From Trichosphaerium sp. ATCC 40318 (taxonomy: Eukaryota > Protista > Tubulinea), in assembly GCA_038496445.1 (NCBI GenBank), contig JALMLS010000502.1:1-64000 (forward strand): a DNA stretch of 64,000 bases. Reading direction: 5' to 3'. Position numbers and translations under genes: made by a program. The notes under the pieces were generated by a model. It did not search any database and had not been told where the DNA came from. It was given only the letters and a program-made list of their open reading frames with translations. Position 1 is the stretch's first letter. Each line of letters starts with the position of its first letter. Positions 11,112 through 25,507 of the stretch are shown piece after piece.

Positions 11112-11606
11112 TTAGCTATGATGATATCTAGGAGCTCTTCTACTTCGGTGAGTTTGATTTGTCGTTCTCCAGTAAGTCCCTGCAGGGGCAGTTTGTTTTT
11201 TTCGATAGCTACAGTCGCAGGTGAAAAATATTGCATCGTTCCTGGCTACATACATGGTTGATGCTCGTTTATTGTTGCAGCTGTGGCAAGCATTAACTAG
11301 AGCAAAGTGGCCGTGTTCGTCGTGCATATGGGCTCGAAGTCTCGCCGTGTTAGGGCAGCGTTCCAGGTCTTTACTACGATTTCTGCACCAACAACAACAG
11401 GTTCCTTGGATTTTAATCTTTTTCTTGTGATGATGACATTTGCTGGTGTCCTCAGTGTGTTTCATTTTTATTAGGTCGTTATTATCCGGAGCATATTCTT
11501 GCAAGTAGGCTTCCAGTTGACGTCCTCTTAAATTGCCGCCGAAGTTTAACATTTGTGTTTGTAGTTTTGTAAGCTTCGTCAAGCCTGACTTAATACGAAA
11601 CGCCAA
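11112..11606 (-). CDS. Cys/His-rich protein with an HNH/His-Me-finger-like motif, apparently intronless
   Basis: CCCWC...CPNTARLRAHM...LVNACHSCNN. The first ATG is at 11552 and the true start is uncertain. Confidence 0.5.
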   Translation of the reverse strand: MAFRIKSGLTKLTKLQTQMLNFGGNLRGRQLEAYLQEYAPDNNDLIKMKHTEDTSKCHHHKKKIKIQGTCCCWCRNRSKDLERCPNTARLRAHMHDEHGHFALVNACHSCNNKRASTMYVARNDAIFFTCDCSYRKKQTAPAGTYWRTTNQTHRSRRAPRYHHS

Positions 11607-12018
11607 TTAACTCGGAGACGCATTCGCTGGAGTTTGTCGACATTAGAGAAGGCTCGAATTCTTCCAGTTTTTTTCGGCTCGTGCTTCCTGAAATGCACAC
11701 AAATAGTGACACTTGAACTTCCTACGCATGTTAAAGCCTTACAAAGGAGGAAACGCTTGTAAGTTAAAGTCACAATTGTGAAAATTTTAGAGTCCATACT
11801 AGGACTACTCTCAGACGATATAGGCGACAGACAACTATGTTCTTTGGTGCCGCTACATCAGTACACGTTAGGAACTAAGCACTATTTATTTTAAACTCCG
11901 ATTTATGTAACGTTGACGCTAGAGATATTAGTGTGCGGATTCATTTAGTACGCTAGATAAAAGACGAAGTTCTCTTCGAGAAAAATTTTTCCTTTGGGAT
12001 TTTTTTTATTTTACAATA

Positions 12019-15000
12019 TTACGACATATTAAGTCTGCTAATCTTACGTTTCTTGGTGTTGTACCATTGTTTCATATTAGCATTAGACTGTGCAATAAAC
12101 TCGCTTCCACGTTTCCTTGATTGCTTTTGTTTCTCTACATACTGAGCATGTTCTGTGTGTGTAAGTCTTCCCAATATCTTGGACTCTCCAACTAGCGCTC
12201 TCGCTGTACTCTAAGTACAAAAGTTAGTCCTCACATAATATCCACAAATAATACTCAATTATAATTATTCGGTTTGGTAACAATTCACGGTAAGGGTTGC
12301 AGTAAAAAAAACAACCAACAAACAAAAGTTCGCAAACAAAGAGAAAAAAGAGAAAAAAAAATTGTTGTTTTGCTATTTACCCTCTTGTAGTTTCTAAGGC
12401 GTTTATCTAACTTCTTTGTCATCCTTTGTGGACCAACTTCAAATGGGTTCTTTTTACCAAGCATATTCCTTTGTGTACATGGTTAGACAGTTGCAAACAA
12501 ACAAAAAAAAAATGTAAATAAGAACAAATATTTGTTGTTTCAAAGCCGGCTAAGTTCAGTTGTAAACAACGTGTACCTTGGAGCAAGGCGAGGATTAAGT
12601 AGGCCAGCAATACGTGTCTCGTCTCTATGTACTTTTTTATGGAGTTGAAGAGGCTTGAGTTGTTTCTGTAATGCACCAACAACTCGAGACAAGTCTGCTT
12701 TTATGTTTTCAACACTTTCCTAAAAAAGAAGTAGGTAAGCTTCTTTCACGTGCAATTTTTTCTGGTTTTTTAGTAACAATTATTTACAAAAACTATTACT
12801 ATCATGTAACAACGTGATAGGTAACAAGTTATCGCAGCAAGGAAGGACCAAGCGATAAAACATGCAAAACAAAAAAATAAAATGGAAAAAAAAACGGAAG
12901 GCAGCCCCCGTACCTGTGCTATAAGTGGTAGACCAGCACAATTGATATTTTGTACAAGGTTATGAGTAAGTGACAATAACGTATAACTTCCTGTTTTTCC
13001 ATTGTAAAGAGCAATATATTTGGATAATGACGATAAAGCTGTCGTTAATATTTGTACACTAACAAAAAATATCAGAAAAACAAACATCTTTGTATCGTCT
13101 TTGCTTTAGCTCCGTACCGTAAAGTATCATCCATATTTACTGCCTTGGATGTGTTAAGCAGTAGTGCTGATATAGGCGGTATTGTTCTGAGCTTCTTGGC
13201 GCACTTCTTCTTGCTCTTGAACTTAAAGAATTTATCTGGTATTTTCATTGGTAGCATATCGCTTAGCATCTTTTGACGTTTTTCAACAGGCACGAAACAT
13301 TGAAGAATAGATAATAGGAATATCCATGGTTCTGTTGCAAACCGTACAGCAGGTTGAAGATACTAGGATAATAATTAGAAAGATGTTTGATTCAAAAAAA
13401 TCCAAAAGATTGGTACCAAATAAAAGATTGAACATAAGAACATCTTCATAAGAATATCTTGTGCTGTACGGACAGGATAGAAATAAATAGCTTGAGAAAG
13501 AAGTATCATTGCAGGTGTCATTATAGGATGCTTCCTACAGGTGTGTTAAAAACACACATCGTCTTGTTCATTCAAAAAAAAAAGAAGCAAAAAAAAAAGT
13601 TTAGGCTACTACATCAAAGTCAAGAAGAATAAAACGTGTCAAAGTATTTTAAGGTATTTTAACACATATGAAACCATAGTGTGAGAAAATATCAATTTGA
13701 CACGTGATCCATTAACTGAGATTTTCACATATCTCGACAAAAAAGATTCAAAAAAAAAAAGACTTACTTGTCTGAAGCAGGGAATATAGTAATGTAAGCT
13801 CTAAACATTGAAATATGCTTGAAAGTCCAATGGACGTTAGGTGATTCTAACTCTTTTCTCATATCAAGCAATTGCTTCTTAATTACATAAGCAGCTGTAG
13901 TGACATTTGAAGTGCTCATTTCATAAAGAGGATCAAGTAACATTGATAATCCAGGCAAATAAATCTCTTCTTCATTTGCAGCAACTGCACCAAAGTGCTC
14001 CCATAAGTACCCCAAAAAGTTCTTTGGAAAGGTATTAGGTATCATACACGATAGTATCAAATAAAATGTCTAACGTACTGTCATTTCTGCGGCGTGTTCT
14101 ACAGCTAAAGAACGATGGTTGCAAACTCTAATTCTTCTAATTGTTTCAATCTGTTGTTTCAAGCTCTGTCCTTCCAAAAGCTCTGCAAGGTCTTCATAGG
14201 ACTTTGGAACATCTAATGTATATGCTACACTACCATCTTTTTGTTTTGGCTTACGCTTAGCAGCAAGGCGTAGCTTGTTAAGTTCCTACAAGAAAAAATC
14301 AGAATTTTCTTTGCTTATGTTTGAAAATCTCTTTGCCTCTTCGAGTTCCTCGTCATCCAATTGTGCATCATCGTCACTTGGTACATCGCTAGATGCTTCA
14401 TCCGCACTGTAAACTAAATCATCACCACCTGGCAAGTTGTAATCGTCCTTGTCTTGTTCTTCTTTGGGTTTGTCGGATAACTGACGTGCAAGCCTTTTTC
14501 GTTCTAATGCTTCAAGTTTCTTCAATTCACGCTGAGCAATTTTCTCGTCACTCAGCATAGGATGATCTGAACCAACACGCTTCTCGAACAATAGTTTACT
14601 ATAAGTCTCGGCATAGTCTAACTGCACAAGGCGTTAATTAAAATCATTGTAAGTTTTTTTTTTTCGGTTACCTCTTTTTCATTCAGTTCGCTCTTGGATG
14701 TGTCTCTAGGTTCTAATAATCCGCGTACAGCTTGCATTTGTAAGTTTACGTCATCTTTAATCTCTTCCAAGTGTTGTTTGACAAGTCCTTTCATCATCTT
14801 GTATCACGTGTTAAAGAAAAAAAAAACCTTTTTGATGTTGTACCTTTGTTTCGCGATCTCTTCGCACAATCGATCGTATCCTCTCTCCTGAGCTCATATC
14901 CTTCCATGCTTTTTCTTTAGGCATCTCCCTTATATATTCGCTCTTTTCTCTATTTTCTTTCAAAAAGGCTTGGACATCTTCTTCCTGAACATCTAGTGCA

Positions 15001-15703
15001 AAAACCGTAAATTAAAAAAATTACTCAGACAACAAACAGTACCTTCACCGCTGTCATAGTCATCAGCCATATCATCAAAATCACCACCAGTATGAGCAGC
15101 TTTAAGCTTTTCTTCAATATAACGAGCGTCGTCATCATCCAAGTTGAATACCTTAAAGAAAGAGTGAGAAAGGAAAGACAAATACAGTTGAAAAAAAAAA
15201 AAAAGAACTCTTGTTTTTGGATTTTTTGTGCGCTTGTAGTAGTTACCTTTTTGTTGTACTTTAGTTTTCTGAGTGCTACATCTTGTACTGATAGTGTTGA
15301 TTCGTCTGGACGCATATTTTCAGTTTCATCTCTCAGATCGCGATATTCTGTTTGTCTGTTACGGTCACCATGGTATTTGGCGATTGTTTCATTTGTCTAA
15401 GGGTTGGAATGTCAAATTAAGAATACAAGGTGAAAACGTTATAAATAACGCTTTTTATGCGTCTGAAGACAGATTTGTGGCGTTACGTACATTGCCAAGG
15501 GCTGTGTCAGAAGCATTCACTTTATGCACATAACCACCCATGTACTGTTTGTGGGATGCGACAATACGTTGTTGGAACGGGTTTGAGCGTTTTTTATGTT
15601 TATTTCTCCTGTTTTTCTTTTCAATCGTTCGTAGTTGTTTCGTAACCTTCCTAGACTTTACTCCTTCAAAGGCATTTAAATCTCTAGGCACACGATCGCT
15701 CAT
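12019..15703 (-). CDS. NOP14: Nucleolar protein 14 (SSU processome)
   Basis: N-terminal RSNPF, LSDEKIAQRELKKLEALERKRLARQ, GGDDL, TIRRIRVCNHRSLA, HPIMTPAMILLSQ, and a basic C-terminus, all in Nop14 order. Confidence 0.85.
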
Positions 15704-15840
15704 ATTGAATTATTGAATTGCCAATATTATTGTACTCCTAATAGCCACCAAATAGAACGTTGTAAAGAATGTGAGAACGACCACCGGTTTAAGTGATGGT
15801 ACTTTAAGTTGGCTCCATTTTGTATTGCAATGTGACAGCA
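15704..15840. promoter_or_regulatory. Probable compact bidirectional promoter shared by NOP14 and INTS2
   Basis: Only 137 bp separate the two divergent start codons. Confidence 0.55.
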
Positions 15841-18800
15841 ATGGACGTGGAGCACCAAGACCTATCCAAAGCGACTATATATGGTAAATGCGTTGTGTTG
15901 GGACCAATTAAGAAAATTTAACGTCGTTTAGAGGCTATCCTTTCAAGAAGCTTCGAAGAGTTGGCCAAACTAAAGCAAGAGCGCCATAGAAAACAAGAAA
16001 ATGATCCTTTTGCAGCTTTTTTACCGTACTTTCTACTACAAGCCAATGAATACCCAATACTTAATACAATCACATACAGGTACGGTTTTTTAGTGTATGG
16101 GGTTATTCCCGCATTTTATAGTTGAGAGAAAGCTAACAAACGCAATAGATACCCAGAGGTTAGTCTAGTTCTGATTATAAGGCGTCAAACAAAAGTTTAT
16201 ATCAAACACTAACAAAGTGACATCTAGGCGAACGAAATAAGTGAATATACTGTACTACAACGCGCATCAGTAATACCTCACCTGGGAAGAAACATGGTGG
16301 CCCTAGAGAAGGTAGAACCGGCAACACACTTAAATCATTATGAGCTTGACTGTGCCACTTTTGAAGCAAGCGATGCTCTTCAAAGACTTGGGTGCGTATT
16401 GACTGTCAGAAGCTCTGGTATTCAATCGCTCACCCCTTGACAATTAGGTTAATCACACAGGAGTTGTGGATGCTAAGACACACCATTGGGTCTCCTAGAC
16501 ATTTCATTTCATGTCAACCACTATACATGTCATGTGTCAGTGCTGTCATTTCTGTTTTGTTTCATAGATTTCCAGAGTTACTTGATAGATTCAAGCTTGT
16601 AGACGCATTGCTTTCTATACCATCAATAGAACCTCTTCTAAGCCTTTTATTGAATGCACCACATCATCTTGCTGAGGTACTGTAAACGACTTTATCTCTA
16701 AGTCGGAGATTTTGTTCTTAAGCAATTTTTGGTGTTAACTTTTTTTTAGATTGTTACTCACATAGACGCTGCAATTCGCCTACGGCCGTTTCTAGAGACA
16801 CAGGCGAATAAAGCTTTGATGAGCTTTCTAAACGAGATGAATCAGGGTAATGTCGTACGAGGCATACTTGCAAATGCAATCTCAAAAGTATCCAGTGTAC
16901 ATAACAACGAAAGCCTCAATAATATCTTGGTGTTCAACGCATTGACATATGAAAAGCCCAAAGTACGCAATAATTTTGTATCGTCTCTCTTTTTATTTAT
17001 AGTCAGCAATACAAGAGACAGCGCACAAGAGCGGTTTTTAGTTATAGGTTTTTAACTATTTTTTTGTTAGATTTCTTGGGTTGCTTCTTGGTGTGATACA
17101 CCTCATATGGCAGAAAGAATGAGAGGTATAGAACGAAGTGTATTATCAAGGAAGCTCATGGAAGCTATACGTGATACTACCTACATCACGTGCGTAACAG
17201 TGTTGTCTCCACAATTTTTGTAAGTCACTTGCTGTTTTATTATACTTGTTGTAGTAGTAGCCTTCAGTACGCTCTTGATGTGGCAAAGGTATACTTGATG
17301 CTTATATTAACTACATGGACTGAATTGGATGAAACTGATATCAAAGCGTTAAGCCAAATAGCAAGCGCATTATCAAAATGTGATAAGAACACACTCAATC
17401 ATGGATGTAAATTACTGTTACTTTTGGTACTTGGACAGTATCGGCCTAATGATGGATCAGTACAAAAGAAAGAAGTGATGAAGTGGTGTTGGGAACATGG
17501 AGTACAAGGTGTTATACTTGCGCTTCATTACAAGGTTGATACAAAGCGTTGTATTAATAGACTAGTATCAGAGCTTCTACAATGCCCTCCTAAACTAAGT
17601 CCAAAGGTTTACGAGAATGTACAGACAAACATGACACTTCTTTTCCCGAGACCTGATAATGTTATTGATATCGCTCTTGGATTGGATCAAACGAAGCATG
17701 ATTGCGTTGCTGTTATTCATCACTTGATGGTCAAGGTACGGAGGTTTTTTTGTTGTAATTTTTTTTTAATCGTGTTTAAAGGGCATGCTCGCAAAGAAAG
17801 GAACGAAGACAACGTTGGTGGTGGCAGTAATAAATCGTCTTTATATGGCGAACAAGTTGAATCGTTTATTTTCAATGCTATTGTCAACACAGACCCAAAC
17901 GAGATGGCTTTCCTTTTACCACAACTTATTCATGAATATGCACAAAGAATTATTGATAAGACATTTCCTAAAATAAAACAAGATAAGGTCCTTCAAGTAT
18001 TCAAACAAGGATCAGATTGTGCTAAAATACTTATGTTATATCTTATACTACAAGCAACACATCCTTCAACAGACGAACATGCATACACTGAGCACTTTGT
18101 TTATGGTACGTTCCAAACAAATTCTTCTTTTTTTCTTCTTTTTATTGTGACGCCAACACCGTTACAACAAAAAAAAAGGTTGTTGTAGTGAACTTATATT
18201 TTGTTATAGAGGCATCTGGTCACTTGATTTATCCTTTGGTTAACGAGGCAAGACATATGGTAAAAGTGTTATATCCACCTCTTTTATCATTGGTTCTTGA
18301 TAGATACCCTCAAATTTTTACAGTGTCAACTTGGCTTGAACCACACTCTGTTAAGCCATTACAGATGACTGTTGTTAATGTTGATACATTACAGTCAAGC
18401 CTAGAAGATATACTATCAGAGAAAAATGAAATAGCTCCGATGGATGTTATTTCATTGCTTGACAAACTAGATGCTTTCAGCACAAAAAAAGTGGATGAAA
18501 TGTTCCGTATTTTCCCTCTTGTGTTGACGTTATATGTTTATCTTGTCGAAACTGCAAATCCTTTGGCAACTATAGCACGTCCTAAAATTCATACACAATG
18601 GCAGAGAATACGAGCAGAGTATAAAGAAGGTAGACACCATTTTAGTTCAATTTTATGTTTTGACTTTTTTTTTATCATTAAAAATTGGTTAACCAATTTT
18701 TTCAGGTGTATCTACGCTTGTCGCCAAGCAAGTCCTTGATATAGATAAAGTAGATGACCTTACACACTACCACTTGACACAGGATCCGTTAATAGCATTA

Positions 18801-19846
18801 CGTTGGAAACCACTAGTATGCAGAGACAAGCTACTCCTTGAGATGGCCTTGGACGTATGTATCCCTTTTTCTAGCTCTTTGTTTGAGTCAAGTACTGATA
18901 CTGATCAATTATAGTTACTTCGTGTGTTCTTGCCTGCCTCTAGAGCTAGCTTGATAAGATCTAAGACGTTGGAAGGTAATTGGAACACAATGCAGAGAGA
19001 ACTTGATACAATACTTCTTGCACAAGATTCTGCTGTTCTTCAGATTCTCCTTGAAGCTATGATATCAACTGCTGTTATGACGCTTGAGCCTGGAAGTAGA
19101 GAACAAGTCAGGTCAATGATATGTCAGTTGATACATAACATTATCGTTGACAACCCAGAGTATAGCAGGAAGCTTGTTCATTTAGTTCATTATCAGACTT
19201 ATCCATCTCAATTACTTCCTATTGTTGTAAAAGGCATACCTTCATTACGTACGTCAAAAAGAAGCTCAATTTTAGTAATACACTTGAGACTAGTCCTATC
19301 ACGTGCTTGTTTTTCAAGGAAAATAATTTGCTTCCAAAACTTTTGGTTTGTTTTTGTGGATATTTTTCGTTTTAACTTTGTTTTCTTATAGATATTTGTA
19401 TGGCATTCCTACCAGAGTTACTTCATGATATGCACCAAGAAAAACAAGTATTCGCTATAAAACTGGCAAGCTATATTATCCAAGAATATCCTGTTGATGG
19501 ATGGTACAAAACTACTTTCTTTTGTTGTGAAAGGAACAGAAAGGAAATGTCTAACTTTTTTTTTTGTTTAGCTTAAACCTTGGACGTAGTACAGTTGATG
19601 TTGTTTGCACAAGACCAAACTTACTTAATGATACCTTAGATGATATTAAACGTATCATCTCTGTTTTCCCTGAACTATTGGCACCAGCACTTAAAATACT
19701 ATGGAATCAAGGTACTTTTGTTTTACAATCATGAGTACAATTATCTGTCTGTTATTTGCGTGCATGTACAACGATCTAAATAATCTGCCCTAGATGAATC
19801 ACTTACTACTGATTTGGTTGGTTCTAGTGCATTTATTGATAGATAG
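15841..19846 (+). CDS. INTS2: Integrator complex subunit 2
   Basis: FEASDALQRL, LLAQDSAVLQILLE, ICQLIHNIIVDNP...LVHYQTYPSQLLPIVVKGIPSLHICMAFLPELL...EKQVFAIKL match the INTS2 conserved blocks. Confidence 0.9.
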
Positions 19847-20206
19847 ATTATGTGCTCAGGGTGAGAATATGATATTGCAGATGGGAAAAGAAGTGTACAA
19901 TAAAACTATAACAAAAAAAAAAGAACAAGTTGATTTATTTATTGAGACCACAATGTACGAAAGATGCATCCGTTTATAGCGATCAGCGATAACATGTACA
20001 TGCAACACAAGGTAAACTGCTCTGCGTTCGCGACGTTAAAAGCCAAAGTGTACATAATAGCAGCTCAGACTTTCCGTTTGACAAACCATGGTTTTGAGCA
20101 TTAAATCCGTTCGCTGAAACTTAAGTCAGGAATGTCAATTTCGGTTTCCATTTTTCAAATTTCTCAGTCAGTTCAAACAGCTATCCCGAAAAAACACTCT
20201 CTAAAT

Positions 20207-20890
20207 ATGGCAGCAACATCAACTTATACTCTCATGCTTGGTTCAGGCGATAAAGTGGACGTTGTACCAAACGAGGAGAATACGTTTATTTTAGACGCAA
20301 CAACCAAAGAAACTGGTATATGGCTACAAGACCTAATGCTTGTGCCTGGTTCCGTTGTGACAGTTAACATGGAATTTATAACGTACCCTCATAACGATGT
20401 CGGCCGCCACGGTGGCGTAGTACTAGGAGAACACGACGTACGCGTTACTTTAAACCACATTAGGCCAATTTTGCTATTATTATCGCCAAAACAGCGCCAA
20501 AACGCCTCACTGTACGCTTAACTAATAAAATAAATAGACTGGCAACAAAAACCGTTGGCCAAACTCAACGAACGAAGGAGTAAACATAGATTGGATCGAT
20601 AGGTCCAGCGATCACGGTTATAGAATGCCTGGAGGCGAAAGGTACTATTCTTAATACCCAAACACGACTTAGACCTTTGTTTTAACTTTTTTTTTTTTTT
20701 CAGTTTGTTTTCAAGTGCGAAGCATCCAGGAAAGTTATGGACATTTGTTGTACCAAAAGTAGGGTGTATGAGGTTTTACTCTGACTGGGAAGATGTTGGA
20801 CAAGTTACTATGAAGAGTAAGTGGGGTAAGATAGGCTTGTGGGCATACACTGGATGTGTATTGAAAGCTACTGTAAAAATATTAAAATAA
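20207..20890 (+). CDS. Hypothetical beta-rich protein, 3 exons
   Basis: Two GT-AG introns join the ORFs into MAATSTY...DVGRHGGVVLG...DWIDRSSDHGYR...GKIGLWAY. No family recognised. Confidence 0.55.
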
Positions 20891-21600
20891 GCCTACAAAC
20901 AACATTATTTAGCTTTGTCCTTATCACACATAATCTCTACACTGAGTGGGTGTTAGTGGTAGACAAGCTTGATCATCAATAGTAAAATAAAACATCTCAA
21001 ATCAGTTATTATTTCGTGGTTACAAAGCACAAAATATTTTCTCACTTTTTTCTGTTTATCAATTTACTTCATAAAATGTTACAAATCCTCTCTTGAGGCG
21101 TTAAATGTTGTACTCGGTTGAAAGTAGACACAGAACCAAGATTTGGAATACGCTACTGCAAGAAAAAAAAAGAAAACTATGAAAGTTTTATTAATTCTGT
21201 ACGACTCCCTTATTGTTAGCCAGCAAAACCCTATGTTTATATAATATACCTTTACCATTCTGCAAGCTACATCCCTTATTACCCAAGCCAATCTGTGAAA
21301 CCTACCTAATGATTACATCTACTGCACGTACCCATGGAGCAAATTTCAAAGGCCGTTCAGAACGCAAAAAAAGAGCTGATTGTGGTCGACTTTTTTTCTA
21401 CGAAAATGTTCAAGTTTTCTTTACGCTAAAGAATGTCGATGGTCGACAATAATTATATTTTTTGTATTTACATTTACTTCTCCGTTATATGTTGTACCTT
21501 ATTAAACAGACAATGTTCGAAACTAAGCATTCGGAACAAATTCATTGAACAGAAGTGTTAAGGCCATCTGCACATTTGTTAACACCCAACACCAACAACA

Positions 21601-22457
21601 ATGGAGCGCAACAGCAAAGCAAAGAAGTCAACAATATTTGTAACATTTTTACAAATGGCACAGAAATATATACGCCACGCGTCCAAATGCCAAGTAAGTA
21701 CATAGTTTTTCTTTATTTTTCTACTAGAATTTACGAATCTACTAGGTTCAATTCAACAGTGGAAGAAGACAAAAAGGTTGGTTTGTATACATTGACCAAA
21801 TAGATTTCGAACGACTATGGACTTGTGGTAAAAATACAGAGTCAATAAGTAAGAACCTTCTAAAGTTCTGTATTAGATCAACAATTCCAGTACGTATATC
21901 AAAAACAGTGAACCACGTGAAAATCAACTCATCTTTTTTTTTTAAGGGACATCGGCTTAAATTCAACACAATACTCATAGAGGGTACATTGCTCTATGAG
22001 TTCACAATATTTCATTTGAGAGCACCTGAAATGAGTTGTCACTTTGTCCCTCATTGTTACAACCGAATAAAACAAGACCCTGAACGTAGTACTGGTACAC
22101 TTAATTTCAATGTGTTGTATTTTTAGAGCAAAAAAAATTATTGTATACTTACTACGCACTGCAGGCTTTGAAAAAGTCTGTGCAGACAATGAAAACCCAT
22201 TACCAGAAATGGTTATTCCTGACAGCCCGTCATCCTTTGATTCTTTTATACCCACAAGTCACGACAACGCAATGGATATAGACTTTGTAGACCCACATTC
22301 GCCTGCCACAGAAGAGTTTCAATTTGACGAAAATCCAGTCACTCGACAACAAGGAATGTGTAAGTACTGTGGCATGTGCTTGGATATGGTTGAGCGTCTC
22401 AATGCAGTTCTAGCAGAAAACCAAAGGTTGAGAGGAATTATTGCCGGATGTCTTTAG
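21601..22457 (+). CDS. Hypothetical protein with C-terminal CxxC and a short coiled coil; exon structure unresolved
   Basis: Last exon VYLLRTAGFEK...CKYCGMCLDMVERLNAVLAENQRLRGII. Upstream GTACG/GTAAG donors are present. Confidence 0.35.
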
Positions 22458-23910
22458 ACTGTAAAGTGTATAATAAAACTCAACAATAGTTTACTTGTTA
22501 ATGTAAAATGAGTTGCATACGTAGCCGCGCTGTTTCTTGCTTCATGCCAAAGAAGCGAAAAACTCAAACAAAGTTGTTTCTTTCCTATTTTTCTGGCATA
22601 TCGAGTATAGCTAATCTCTGTGCCGTATCCAAGTATAGTGCTGTATTAAACAGCATCTGTTAAATCGGTATAGCCATCTAAAGTACAAACAAGTAAAAAA
22701 ACAATGAACGCCGAACCTTCAAGGTTCGTTGAATGAACCAAAAAAATAAATAGTACCCTCTGAATCCTTTCCCTATGTACCTAACATATTGTGAGCTACA
22801 CCTACTGCCCTGTAATCTGCTTCTCATCATCTCAACACATATCAATCACTCGGTTAACCAGTGAAAACTGCCCAAGTTGGCATGTGCTAAGATGATGAAT
22901 AACAGACCACAATCGTATAATGGGTAGTGTAATAATCCATAATTGCCCATCCATCCTGACATTTCCACACTTAGGACTGTATGATTTGTGTATAAACTAA
23001 CATCTCGATTAGTATTTCTACGCCTCCTTGTTGGAAGCGTTAAAATGCTAGAAGAGATATTATACCGTCATACACATGTGGCTAGAGAACTTTTTGCTAA
23101 GTAGTTGATAAGTATAGCCTGCATGTATAATACGTTTAGAACACATTGAGCAAACTTAGAGTGTACAAAATTGCATAACTGCGAAATTAATTCAAGAACT
23201 TGTTGATTTTTGCGTTAAAAGTGTAAAACGTACTTTTCGTGAACTACCACTTTTTACCTTAGACTATAGTAAAATAGGTTGTAGTTTAATATACATATTT
23301 GAGTGCTGTGGATACGACTAATTGGAATAAACGAGGTAAGTTCTTTTATTTTCTTTGTACGCATAGAATCTGTCCTAAAGTTTGGTGTAATCTTACCAAA
23401 AACGTTTTTAAAAGCCAGCAAGGCCTCTTTGGTAGCACCCTTTCTAGATATAGGGAAATGTATTTCCGTTGCCTTAGAAACAGGCGGTTGCGGTCTGCCA
23501 TATTTTTTGAAATCTGTAGTTGAACCCAGAGTTTCGTGACCAATGTAAGATACTGTGTGTATAGTAAGACACCATCAAAGTGACGGCTTTCAGAAAACCA
23601 TTCGAAAAAATTCCAAAACACGTTTTGGTTTTTTACGATTTACAGCCATGTGATAGTTTTTGGTTACTAGTACATTTGTAGTACGTTTAACAGCACTTTC
23701 TACTTGTAGCCGTCTAGGAACATTTGTGAACCACAACGAATAGTTTTCAAGCAAAAGTTCTCTAGTTGTTGCCCACATCATTTCCGAATATTAGGAAACC
23801 TCTATTGGATATAAAATTCTAGATTGCCTCATAAACAACAAGTGTAAGGCTTTCAGAAAAGGCATAATGAGTACATGTAAGTCAATAAGTTGTAGATTTT
23901 TGTTTATTAG

Positions 23911-25396
23911 TTAAGAAGCTTGTCCCTTTGTTGTTACAAAAGAGTACAAAGTTTTACCGTTATTATCAAGAAAATATGTTGTAAGCGTTTTAAAATCATC
24001 ACTGAATGTATGTAGGTTGAATCCTGCTGTTTTTGAGTACCAGACCTCCTTGTAGGAGTGGGACGCGGATGATAATTTTAGTTTTGGTTGTGATGATAAA
24101 GACGAGTTGGTCCTGACCATACATGCTGCTCCTGATGTAACATAATCTCCTTTCTTACCATCCAAGGTATAATAAGCCAAAGCGTGAGTGTGTCCATTAA
24201 GGTAGAGCTCAAAACCAGCGTCTTGGAGTAGTGACGTCATATCATCTTTTGGACAAAAAAATTAAACTAAGTTTAAAAGATTGTTTTGTTTTCTTACCAA
24301 CGTCAATTTCGTCTCCTGGGTGATGACCAACCGCTATTTTCCAATCATCGTTTGGTATGGTAGCAAGAGTTTTCTTGAGCCAATTGTATTGATCAGTGCA
24401 ACTACAAGAACCATCAAAGACGACAAACAAAAACAAAAAAAAAATTCCAAGACAGTTTTGGTCTTTCATCGATTGTACTCTCATTGTATGCTTTTTCTCT
24501 GGTCGTACCTTTCTGCGAGAATGTTCTCATGAAATTTACAATCAGGAGGAGATGGGAAGGAAGAACCACAAGGATCCCAGTTGCTTGGATCATCATTACG
24601 GTAATCTTGAACACAAGGGTTGGTATCAAGGAAAACAAAAGAAATATACTCTCCAGAAGATATCTCAACCCTCTTGGTGTAATACCTGTACAAACAAGTA
24701 TGGTAAGTGAAACATTAAAAAGGAAGTTACCGCTAGTTCAGCAGTGGGAAGTTCAAAAATGAAAAAAGAAAAACAAAAAGCTTCACTTTGAGGCTCAATA
24801 AACTCTCTTGAAGTTCGTGCTGTTGGTTTAGTTCAAAATTAATTACCTGGACGGTAATACCCATCTATCATTATTAGGGCTCTTGTAAAGTGTCTGCGCA
24901 GTTACATTATATCCATAATCATGATTACCTGGCAAATAAAATCACGTGAGAAAAAATGACAAAAAGGGAAAAAAAGTTTGTTTTTAGAACTGCTAGGAAT
25001 GGCTTCGTCCTTTTTCTTTTTTGACGCTATTTCTATTATTTCTAGTGTCTTACCTAGTACGCCATACCACTTAACCATTGTTGAGGGTTCTGTGTAAATT
25101 GATTCAAAGTCCTCATTCCACTGTTTGTCTGTAACGTTTTTAACGCCGTAGTAGTAAAAGTTATCTCCTGTATTAATCACAAATTGAGCCTTGGCTTGTT
25201 CCGCTGTAATTGCAAATTGCTTGGCTACAGCGATCTGATCCGCTTCGTGGTAACCTCCTAGAGCAGCGCCGCCTATTTTACGGTTAATTTTGATGACACT
25301 TGAGTGTAATGACGTACCCCAGTCTCCAATCGTTACAAAATTAACAGCAGCATACGCCACAGCGATAAGTAAAACGAAAAGTCCTTTGGTCTTCAT
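23911..25396 (-). CDS. Secreted tartrate-resistant (purple) acid phosphatase, ACP5-like
   Basis: Signal peptide and all five metallophosphoesterase motifs: GDWG, GDNFY, GNHDY, GHHP, GHTH. Confidence 0.92.
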
Positions 25397-25507
25397 TTCT
25401 GTGTACTTTTTCTGTTTTGCCTTAACTTAACTTGCCTCCGATAAGCGAGAGGCTTTCACAATTTAGCTCTATCCATTGAGGAGTGGCATTTTTTGGCGTA
25501 CCACATA

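Noticed and set aside
22712-22728. Near-perfect palindrome CGAACCTT-C-AAGGTTCG with a B-box-like GGTTCG
   Set aside because: There is no D-arm or acceptor stem nearby, and the 1-nt loop is incompatible with a T-arm.
22500-23800. Probable intron-containing gene on the minus strand
   Set aside because: Splice signals are present, but I could not build one consistent frame or recognise a family, so it is not called.
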